From Escherichia coli (GTDB lineage Bacteria > Pseudomonadota > Gammaproteobacteria > Enterobacterales > Enterobacteriaceae), in NCBI RefSeq assembly GCF_044324785.1, contig NZ_CP172127.1: DNA of 64,000 bases; one strand, 5' to 3'. Positions 52,844 through 61,631 of the stretch are shown here, in pieces. Made by a program: the position numbers and the translations under genes. Every line of letters starts with the position of its first letter. Positions within the stretch are counted from its first letter, which is position 1. The notes under the pieces are model-generated. The model saw only the letters and a program-made list of their open reading frames with translations, was not told the origin of the DNA and made no database searches.

Positions 52844-54814
52844 ATGTATATGAATGTAATCAGAACTGTCATTTGTACATTAATTATAGTCCCGGTGGGA
52901 CTACAGGCAGCGACCAGTCATTCTTCTATGGCTAAAGATACAATCACCATTGTCGCGACAGGAAATCAGAACACGGTATTTGAAACGCCGTCGATGGTCA
53001 GTGTCGTCACGAATGACACACCGTGGAGTCAGAATGCGGTTACATCGGCCGGCATGCTGAAAGGTGTTGCCGGTCTCAGCCAGACTGGTGCAGGACGGAC
53101 CAATGGGCAGACCTTTAATCTACGCGGCTATGACAAAAGCGGGGTACTTGTTCTTGTTGACGGCGTCCGCCAACTCAGTGACATGGCAAAAAGCAGTGGC
53201 ACTTATCTGGATCCGGCTCTTGTCAAACGTATCGAAGTTGTCCGCGGGCCAAACTCCAGTCTGTACGGCAGTGGCGGGCTGGGAGGTGTAGTGGACTTCA
53301 GAACTGCCGATGCAGCAGATTTCCTTCCCCCCGGAGAGACAAACGGTTTAAGTCTGTGGGGAAATATTGCCAGTGGTGACCACAGCACAGGCTCGGGGCT
53401 CACCTGGTTCGGTAAAACCGGAAAAACAGATGCGCTCCTTTCTGTCATTATGCGTAAAAGAGGTAATATCTATCAAAGTGATGGTGAGCGCGCACCTAAC
53501 AAGGAAAAACCTGCAGCCCTGTTTGCGAAAGGCTCTGTCGGTATAACAGACAGTAACAAAGCAGGTGCCAGCTTGCGTCTCTACCGGAATAACACCACTG
53601 AACCGGGCAATCCCACTCAGACACATGGTGACAGCGGCCTGCGTGACAGAAAAACAGTACAAAATGACGTACAGTTCTGGTACCAGTACGCTCCTGTGGA
53701 TAACAGCCTCATCAATGTAAAGTCAACGTTATATCTCAGTGATATCACTATCAAGACAAACGGTCACAACAAAACGGCAGAATGGAGAAACAACAGAACC
53801 TCCGGTGTTAATGTTGTCAACAGGAGTCATACTCTGATTTTTCCGGGAGCCCATCAGTTAAGTTATGGCGCTGAATATTACCGTCAGCAGCAGAAGCCAG
53901 AAGGCTCTGCCACACTATATCCGGAAGGAAATATTGACTTTACATCGTTGTATTTCCAGGATGAAATGACAATGAAAAGCTACCCTGTTAACATTATCGT
54001 CGGTTCCCGCTATGACCGGTACAAGAGCTTCAATCCCCGTGCCGGAGAACTGAAAGCCGAACGCCTGTCCCCAAGGGCGGCGATTTCAGTCTCACCGACA
54101 GACTGGCTGATGATGTACGGCTCCATATCCTCTGCATTCCGAGCGCCCACAATGGCAGAAATGTACAGGGATGATGTACATTTTTACCGCAAGGGTAAAC
54201 CCAATTACTGGGTTCCTAACCTTAATCTGAAACCAGAAAATAACATCACCCGTGAGATTGGCGCAGGTATTCAACTGGATGGCCTGCTTACAGACAATGA
54301 CCGGCTGCAGTTAAAAGGCGGATATTTCGGAACGGATGCCAGAAACTATATTGCCACACGCGTGGATATGAAACGGATGCGTTCTTATTCTTATAATGTA
54401 TCCCGGGCCCGTATCTGGGGATGGGATATGCAGGGAAATTACCAGTCTGATTATGTTGACTGGGTGCTTTCTTATAACCGGACGGAAAGTATGGATGCCA
54501 GCAGCAGGGAATGGCTGGGCTCCGGCAATCCTGACACACTTATCAGTGACATCAGCATACCTGTTGGTCATAGAGGCGTTTATGCCGGATGGCGTGCTGA
54601 ACTTTCAGCATCAGCCACGCATGTGAAAAAAGGCGACTCCTATCAGGCTGGCTATGCCATACATTCCTTTTCACTGTCTTATAAGCCTGTAAGTGTTAAA
54701 GGCTTTGAGGCGTCAGTAACTCTGGATAATGCCTTCAACAAGCTTGCCATGAATGGCAAAGGTGTGCCGCTTTCAGGCCGAACTGTCAGTCTTTATACCC
54801 GTTATCAGTGGTAA
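52844..54814 (+). CDS. TonB-dependent outer-membrane haem/haemoglobin receptor (ChuA/ShuA-like)
   Basis: 656-aa ORF; signal peptide, plug-domain GYDKSGVLVLVDGVRQ, C-terminal beta-barrel ending YQW. Confidence 0.8.
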   Translation: MYMNVIRTVICTLIIVPVGLQAATSHSSMAKDTITIVATGNQNTVFETPSMVSVVTNDTPWSQNAVTSAGMLKGVAGLSQTGAGRTNGQTFNLRGYDKSGVLVLVDGVRQLSDMAKSSGTYLDPALVKRIEVVRGPNSSLYGSGGLGGVVDFRTADAADFLPPGETNGLSLWGNIASGDHSTGSGLTWFGKTGKTDALLSVIMRKRGNIYQSDGERAPNKEKPAALFAKGSVGITDSNKAGASLRLYRNNTTEPGNPTQTHGDSGLRDRKTVQNDVQFWYQYAPVDNSLINVKSTLYLSDITIKTNGHNKTAEWRNNRTSGVNVVNRSHTLIFPGAHQLSYGAEYYRQQQKPEGSATLYPEGNIDFTSLYFQDEMTMKSYPVNIIVGSRYDRYKSFNPRAGELKAERLSPRAAISVSPTDWLMMYGSISSAFRAPTMAEMYRDDVHFYRKGKPNYWVPNLNLKPENNITREIGAGIQLDGLLTDNDRLQLKGGYFGTDARNYIATRVDMKRMRSYSYNVSRARIWGWDMQGNYQSDYVDWVLSYNRTESMDASSREWLGSGNPDTLISDISIPVGHRGVYAGWRAELSASATHVKKGDSYQAGYAIHSFSLSYKPVSVKGFEASVTLDNAFNKLAMNGKGVPLSGRTVSLYTRYQW

Positions 54815-54832
54815 CCTCTCAGGAAATAAATC

Positions 54833-55624
54833 ATGATGAAAAATACAGGCTATATCTTAGCTCTTTGTCTGACAGCATCGGGGCATGTCCTGGCCCATGA
54901 TGTCTGGATTACCGGCAAACAGGCAGAGAACAACGTTATCGCAGAGATTGGTTATGGTCATAATTTCCCCTCAAAGGGCACGATTCCTGACAGAAGGGAT
55001 TTCTTTGAAACTCCCCGGCTTTATAACGGGAAAGAGACAATAACGCTGAAGCCAACATCCACGGATTATGTCTATAAAATTGAGTCTGCAGGCAACGGTA
55101 ATAGCTACGTTCTGTCAACGAAAATGAAACCGGGATACTGGTCGAGAACCTCGTCAGGATGGAAGCCTGTCAGCCGGGAGGGCAGAAATGATGTGGCATA
55201 CTGTGAGTTTGTGACTAAATATGCAAAATCTTTTATTCCTGGTGAACAGCAGATGCCAGCACAACTCTATCAGTATCCAATAGGGGATGAGCTTGAAATC
55301 ATTCCGTTATCCGATATCAGTCGTTTCGGTGAAGATGTGAAGCTGAAAGTTCTGTATAAAACTTCCCCGCTTGCCGGAGCCACTCTGGAGCTTGACTCTG
55401 TCAGTTATCTGAAATCATCCCGCCATACTCATGCGGCAGAGCATAAACATTCGGCTCATAAAGCAGAACTTACCTTTGTAAGTAATGAGGACGGTATCAT
55501 CACTGTACCCTCCCTTCATGTCGGGCAATGGCTAGCTAAAGTCAAAAATAAGAAAGTATTTCAGGACAAAAACCTGTGTGATGAAACTGTCGATGTGGCA
55601 ACCTTAAGCTTCTCCCGAAATTAA
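54833..55624 (+). CDS. Periplasmic DUF4198-like protein adjacent to the haem receptor
   Basis: 263-aa ORF; signal peptide followed by AHDVWI; 18 bp downstream of the receptor gene. Confidence 0.5.
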   Translation: MMKNTGYILALCLTASGHVLAHDVWITGKQAENNVIAEIGYGHNFPSKGTIPDRRDFFETPRLYNGKETITLKPTSTDYVYKIESAGNGNSYVLSTKMKPGYWSRTSSGWKPVSREGRNDVAYCEFVTKYAKSFIPGEQQMPAQLYQYPIGDELEIIPLSDISRFGEDVKLKVLYKTSPLAGATLELDSVSYLKSSRHTHAAEHKHSAHKAELTFVSNEDGIITVPSLHVGQWLAKVKNKKVFQDKNLCDETVDVATLSFSRN

Positions 55625-56038
55625 TAATACTATTCCTGCCCTGTAATTTACGGGCAGGGTATATCAACCGGAAATAGCCTACTGACATCCATGTATAAAG
55701 CCACATAATTATTTTGTTGATGTATCTTACCTAATACGTAAGCGTAAAGCCAATGCCGTCTGTAACTCCTGATCCTTGCAGACTAAATGTAAGCGCTCCT
55801 TCTGTGCCGTCTTGTGGTGGTTGTCCTGTCTGGCAACAATCGCGTCCATCTATTGATGGACACGAATGATGAATTCTCAGACAACAAAAGATATCACCGG
55901 CTTTCGCTCTTATTTTCCAGATGTATTGCGACTAATATTCGAAGAGCAATTATCTGTTCGGGCTATCGCACTGGAGCAGTTAGGCCTCAGTCATTCCACC
56001 GTTCATAATATCTTTCAACGGTTTAATGCCTCTGGCAT

Positions 56039-56111
56039 GTAAGCGTAAACCGACCGTTGTATTGACGCTTATTTATAGGGGAGAACTACGTTCCATGGCA
56101 GGAGTTCGTCA
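56039..56111 (-). repeat. Isolated 73-bp IS66-family terminal fragment
   Basis: GTAAGCGTAAACCGACCGTTGTATTGACGCTTATTTATAGGGGAGAACTACGTTCCATGGCAGGAGTTCGTCA, near-identical to the end of the IS66 copy at 56994. Confidence 0.55.
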
Positions 56112-56182
56112 GTAAGCGTACAGCCTGAACCGTCTGGTCAGAATCTGACGCATTAGACAAAGTGGTGTCCACAAAATAAGTA

Positions 56183-56584
56183 GTGGGAACCAAAGTGTCA
56201 GATATGCAGAAAAATGTGACTCCCGGCAGGCGAAAAGGCTGCCCTAATTATCCTCCCGAATTTAAACAGCTGCTCGTTGCTGCCTCCTGTGAACCCGGGA
56301 TATCCATCTCAAAACTTGCTCTTGAAAATGGCATTAACGCCAATCTGTTGTTCAAATGGCGACAACAATGGCGCGAGGGAAAGCTGCTATTACCTTCTTC
56401 AGAGAGCCCCCAGCTACTTCCTGTGACTCTCGATGCAGCTGCCGAACAGCCAGAATCGCTCGCAGAGGACCCGGAAACCCTCAGTATCAGCTGTGAGGTA
56501 ACGTTCCGGCACGGGACGCTCCGCTTCAATGGCAATGTCAGCGAAAAGCTCCTGACTCTGCTGATACAGGAACTGAAACGATGA
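56183..56584 (+). CDS. IS66-family OrfA
   Basis: 133-aa ORF; homologous to the orfA at 58994-59419. Confidence 0.7.
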   Translation: MGTKVSDMQKNVTPGRRKGCPNYPPEFKQLLVAASCEPGISISKLALENGINANLLFKWRQQWREGKLLLPSSESPQLLPVTLDAAAEQPESLAEDPETLSISCEVTFRHGTLRFNGNVSEKLLTLLIQELKR

Positions 56585-56928
56585 TCCCGTTACCTTCCGG
56601 GACCAAAATTTGGCTGGTTGCCGGTATCACCGATATGAGAAATGGCTTCAACGGCCTGGCTGCGAAAGTACAGACGGCGCTGAAAGACGATCCCATATCC
56701 GGCCATGTTTTCATTTTCCGGGGCCGCAGCGGCAGTCAGGTTAAACTGCTGTGGTCCACCGGTGACGGGCTGTGCCTCCTGACCAAGCGGCTGGAGCGTG
56801 GGCGCTTCGCCTGGCCGTCAGCCCGTGATGGCAAAGTGTTCCTTACGCAGGCGCAGCTGGCGATGCTGCTGGAAGGTATCGACTGGCGACAGCCTAAGCG
56901 GCTGCTGACCTCCCTGACCATGCTGTAA
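56581..56928 (+). CDS. IS66-family OrfB
   Basis: 115-aa ORF; LPSGTKIWLVAGITDMRNGFNGLA; homologous to orfB at 58647-58997. Confidence 0.75.
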   Translation: MIPLPSGTKIWLVAGITDMRNGFNGLAAKVQTALKDDPISGHVFIFRGRSGSQVKLLWSTGDGLCLLTKRLERGRFAWPSARDGKVFLTQAQLAMLLEGIDWRQPKRLLTSLTML

Positions 56929-57023
56929 ATCTCTTTATCCTGGTTGTCACAGAATAAGCCCGGTAAAATACGGGCTTATGAACGACATCTCTTGTAAGCG
57001 TCAACGGAGCACCGTATTGACGC

Positions 57024-58616
57024 TTATTTATTGGTGAGTACTACGTTCCATGGCAGGAGTTCGTCAACACAGTTGGAGGGCCATTCCGGCAGTACGCTCA
57101 GAATATGGCGCAGATACGCTTCCGGATCGATACCGTTCAGACGGCAGGTGCCGATCAGCCCGTACAGCAGTGCTCCACGCTCGCCGCCGTGATCGCTACC
57201 GAAGAACACGTAATTTTTCTTTCCGAGACAGACTGCACGAAGCGCTCTTTCCGCTGTGTTATTGTCCGCTTCTGCCAAACCATCATCACTGTAATAACAG
57301 AGGGCGTCCCACTGATTCAGTACATAGCTGAACGCTTCGCCCAGTCTGGATTTTTTCGACAGCGTGCCATTCTTCTCCACCATCCATTCATGCAGCGACG
57401 TCAGTAACGCTTTGCTTCGCTGCTGCCTGGCTGCAAGACGCTCTGACTCTGGTAATCCCCGTATTTCATCCTCGATGGCGTACAGTTCACTGATTCACTT
57501 CAGGGCTTCTTCTGCCGTCGCACTTTTGCTGCTGATGTATACATCGTGGATTTTTCGCCGGGCATGGGCCCAGCACGCAACTTCTGTCAGTGCACCACCT
57601 TCACGTTCTGCACTGAACAACCTGTCGTAACCTGTGAACGCATCCGCCTGCAGGATACCCCGGAAGGGGCGAAGGTGTTGCTCCGGGTGTTTCCCCTGCC
57701 GGTTCGGCGAGTACGCGAACCAGACCGCTGGAGGAGATGACGAACCCACATTGCGATCATCCCGGACATACGTCCAGATACGCCCTGTTTTCGCCTTTTT
57801 CTGACCCGGTGCCAGTACCTTTACCGGTGTGTCATCAGTGTGAACCTTGCGGGTGTTCATTACATAACGGTACAGGGCATCATTCACCGGTGTCATTAAC
57901 TGGCAGCACGCGTCAACCCAGTTGGAGAGTAAGGCCCGGCTCAGTTCGACACCCTGGCGGGCAAAGATTTCACTCTGACGATACAGTGGCAGATGTTCGC
58001 AGTATTTTCCCGTTAACACGCGGGCAAGTAATCCGGGGCCCGCGATACCACGCTCTATCGGGCGGGACGGCGCCGGTGCTTCAACAATACAGTCACATTT
58101 TGTACAGGCTTTTTTTACCCGTTCTGTGCGGATCACTTTCAGGGCACTGCTCACCAGTTCCAGCTGTTCAGCGCTGACTTCCCCCAGATAATCCAGCTCA
58201 CCGCCACACTCCGGGCAACAGCTTTCTTCTGGCTCCAGGCGGTGTATTTCACGGGGAAGGTGTGCCGGTAACGGACGACGATGGCGCGACTGTCGCAACT
58301 GGCGGGGAACCTGAGGATCGTCTTCCCGCCCACTGTAACGATCGCTGTCCTGTTCACGTTGTTTCAGCAGAGCCTCAGCCAGTTCAACTTCACGACGCAG
58401 TTTTTCAGAACGGGTACCGAACAGCATCCGGTGCAGTTTTTCTATCTGAGCCCGCAGATGTTCTATTTCCCGTTCATCTTCTTCGATCTTTTCTTCGGCA
58501 CGTGCCAGTGCAGAGCGCAGGAAGGCCTCCGTCTCTTCAACCAGACTCAGTTGCTGGTCTTTCTGACGGAGCTGGCTTTCCAGTTCTGCAATGCGAATGA
58601 GGTATTTCTGACTCAT
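57024..58616 (-). pseudogene. IS66-family transposase (OrfC) with in-frame TGA nonsense codon
   Basis: Track ORFs 57495-58616 and 57024-57383 share one frame; TGA at 57495-57497; reading through gives ...TAEEALK*ISELYAIEDEIRGL... Confidence 0.75.
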
Positions 58617-58646
58617 GGCCGTTTTTATAATGCGGCCAGGCGTTTT

Positions 58647-58997
58647 TTACAACATTGTCAGTGCGTTAAGGCGGAATGTTTTTGGCTGACGCCAGTCCAG
58701 CTTATCGAGGAGCATTGCCAGTTGCGAGCGGGTAATGGATACCTTGCCGTCACGTACCGCAGGCCAGATAAACTGGCCTTCCTCCAGGCGTTTGGTGAAC
58801 AGGCACAGACCATCAGCATCAGCCCAAAGAATTTTGACGGTGTCACCCCGTCGGCCACGGAAGATAAACAGGTGACCGGAGAAGGGATTATCATTCAGCA
58901 CATGTTGTACCTGTTCTCCCAGTCCGTTGAAGGATTTACGCATATCGGTAACGCCGGCAACGAGCCAGATACGGGTACCTGATGGGAGTGAGATCAT
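58647..58997 (-). CDS. IS66-family OrfB
   Basis: 116-aa ORF; LPSGTRIWLVAGVTDMRKSFNGLG. Confidence 0.8.
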   Translation of the reverse strand: MISLPSGTRIWLVAGVTDMRKSFNGLGEQVQHVLNDNPFSGHLFIFRGRRGDTVKILWADADGLCLFTKRLEEGQFIWPAVRDGKVSITRSQLAMLLDKLDWRQPKTFRLNALTML

Positions 58998-59419
58998 CTT
59001 CCCCTCCCGGTCAGTTCACGGATCAACACTGTGAGCAGCTCTGGCGATGGATTTTCCAGCGTCATGTTACCGTGACGGAATTCCACCTTGCAGGAACTGG
59101 CACTGACTCTGGTCTGAGTGGAAGTGGATAAAGACGGCGCAATGGCCGCCACAGGTTCTTTCTGCTCATCCGGCGTTATTTCTACAGGTAATAATTCAAC
59201 GCCAGTGTCAGAAGAGGTCGTTACCGGAAGACGCCGCGAAACACGCCCTTCGTTCTGCCAGAGCCTGAGCCATTTGAAAATAACATTATCATTGACGCCA
59301 TTTTCACGTGCAATCTGTGCAACACAAGCTCCAGGTTGTGATGCCAGTTCCACCATACGAAGTTTGAATTCATTCGAATAGTTTTTACGAGGTTCTTTTC
59401 GCCAGTCCTGTAATTCCAT
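58994..59419 (-). CDS. IS66-family OrfA
   Basis: 141-aa ORF; ASQPGACVAQIARENGVNDNVIFKWLRLWQ. Confidence 0.75.
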   Translation of the reverse strand: MELQDWRKEPRKNYSNEFKLRMVELASQPGACVAQIARENGVNDNVIFKWLRLWQNEGRVSRRLPVTTSSDTGVELLPVEITPDEQKEPVAAIAPSLSTSTQTRVSASSCKVEFRHGNMTLENPSPELLTVLIRELTGRGR

Positions 59420-59504
59420 ACTTAGATGTCCGTCTATATCAGATGGGCGTCTAAGTTACCAATTCTCGTCTGATGGCTACATACGGCGGTCAGTTTACGC
59501 TTAC

Positions 59505-60797
59505 CTTTATCCCGACAGACGACGTATATTTACCAGTAAGGCCAACCCGGTTGCGCCCTTTGAACCAGAAGTCAAACGTCAGGCTGTCATGGCACTCTGT
59601 ACACGACAAGTATCAGCCAGTGAAATCGCCAGGCGTATTGGTGTCAGTCGTGCGGTATTGTATAAATGGAAAGATAAAATTATCGGCAACAGTGCTTACC
59701 AGACTATGCGTAAACATAACGAACCTTCCCTGGAGGCAGAACGCGATGCGTTGCGGGAGGAAGTCGCCCGACTGAATCAGGAAATACGCCGCCGGCAGAT
59801 GGAGCTGGATATTCTGAAAAAGGCGGAGGAAATCATAAAAAAAGACCCGGGCATCAGTATCAGTCACCTGAACAACAGAGAGAAAACGAAGATCGCTGAT
59901 GCCCTGAGACAAACATATCCCCTGACAGAATTACTGCATGTTCTGGGCCTTGCCCGTAGCAGTTATTTTTATCACCGGGCTGCACTGAAAGCCGGTGATA
60001 AATACGCCACGATACGTACGATGCTGACAGATATATTTAACAGTAATTACCAGTGTTATGGCTATCGTCGCCTGCATGCGATGCTCAGGCATGAGGGGGG
60101 GCGGCTATCAGAAAAGGTTGTACGCAGACTTATGGTGGAAGAACAGCTTGTCGTCAGCCGTAACCGTCGTCGCCGCTACAGCTCATATTGCGGAGAAATC
60201 GGACCGGCTCCGGATAACCTTATCGCCAGAGATTTTAAGGCGGAGCAACCTAATCAGAAATGGCTGACAGATATCACGGAGTTCCACCTCCCTGCAGGTA
60301 AAGTCTGGCTATCATCGGTGGTGGACTGCTTCGATGGAAAAGTTGTGAGCTGGTCTCTCAGTACACGCCCCGATGCTGAACTGGTCAACACTATGCTGGA
60401 TAGCGCTGTCGAAACGTTAAATGCTGGCGAACGACCGGTGATACACAGTGACAGAGGTGGGCATTATCGCTGGTCAGGCTGGCTGGAAAGAGTGAATGCA
60501 GAAGGTCTTATTCGCTCAATGTCCCGCAAAGGATGTTCACCTGATAATGCGGCATGCGAAGGCTTTTTCGGCAGACTGAAAACGGAAATGTATCATGGGC
60601 GTAAATGGTCGGGCATCACGCCAGAAAAGTTCATGCAGCAAGTGGATACTTACATCAGATGGTATAACGAGCGGCGTATAAAATTATCGCCGGGTGCAGT
60701 CAGCCCCAAAATGTACCGCCAACAATGCGGGCTGGAATGATAAAGCAGTCCAGGAAATCGTCCGCATCCCCAGAACGGTCAAACATCGTGGCGTTGA
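59505..60797 (+). mobile_element. DDE (rve) IS-like element, copy 2, 5'-truncated by the IS66 insertion
   Basis: Begins mid-gene directly after the IS66 end at 59504; right inverted repeat ends ...CGTGGCGTTGACA at 60797. Confidence 0.65.
59589..60740 (+). pseudogene. Single-ORF HTH plus rve (DDE) transposase, N-terminally truncated
   Basis: 383-aa ORF; HTH SASEIARRIGVSRAVLYKWK, coiled coil, DDE core ...WLTDITEF..HSDRGGHYRW..; lacks the MFTEEQK N-terminal region seen in copy 1. Confidence 0.6.
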
Positions 60798-61631
60798 CAA
60801 CGGGTTCCTGAGTCCGGTGAAGCGCCGGTTACTGGAAAATGTTGTGTACGTCATAACAGAAACGGAGAGAAAAACGGCGATGCAAATCAGGCGGAGAAGG
60901 GTGTATCAGCGGTTACTGAAGGTTGACCCGCTGAAGTGCATCCTGTGCGGAGGTCAGATGCGGTTTACGGGGCTGAAGCGGGGCTACCGTCTGGCAGAGC
61001 TGGTCATGATGCATGAGCCACTGGCACGACAGCGGGTATACAGCTGAGAGCCGCAGAGGGGAAGTTGCGTCCATTTTTTGAGGAATGGAGCAAAAAATCA
61101 TCACAGATATAAAAAATCAATCAATGAAAGCCATTTAATTGCCGGTGCATTGTGGATGCAGTCCTCATGGTACGTAACCAGAGTTGAATAAACATCCATT
61201 TTTTTGTGTTTTTTTAACCTCCCCGGGTTTTTAATTCCTGTCGATTAAAAGTGTTAGATTATTTGGTTAAGAGTTCTCTCGTCCTATTTATTCAGGCGTT
61301 ATCACGGATATGCAGATCGCTAAGTCAGTTGTAAGAAAACCAGACAGTGCACATCATTATACCTAGGTCTTCTCTGGAAAAATACTTAGGAATAATTTAT
61401 GTAAAACAGGTTGTCGTCTTCATGATTTAAACGCAGTACATATATATACTCTATAATAAATACAGGGAGTATCACGAGACGTCTGGATAAGAGGAATAAC
61501 CAGAATAAATTGGTAAGGAATAAAGACACTTATTTCTATTGAGAAAAAACATTCATCCTGATGTGATTAGTATCAATGAAATAATGTGCTTGTATGGTTG
61601 ATAAAAAATGCATCACTAAAGAAAAAACAGT

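Larger units (their letters stand above)
56113..56993 (+). mobile_element. Partial IS66-family element: left end, orfA and orfB only
   Basis: Starts GTAAGCGTACAGCC; orfA 56183-56584 and orfB 56581-56928; orfC missing, abutted by the end of the next IS66 copy. Confidence 0.7.
56994..59504 (-). mobile_element. IS66-family element, full length about 2.5 kb, transposase with in-frame stop
   Basis: GTAAGCG termini at both ends; orfA and orfB intact; orfC interrupted by TGA at 57495-57497. Confidence 0.8.

Noticed and set aside
58281-58982. 233-aa plus-strand ORF inside the IS66 copy
   Set aside because: Antisense to the IS66 transposase and orfB; open by chance on the opposite strand of a conserved gene.
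60694-61047. 117-aa ORF after the IS-like copy, containing a CILCGG motif
   Set aside because: Begins inside the IS right inverted repeat and has only a single Cys pair; possibly a remnant of another transposase but I could not support a call.
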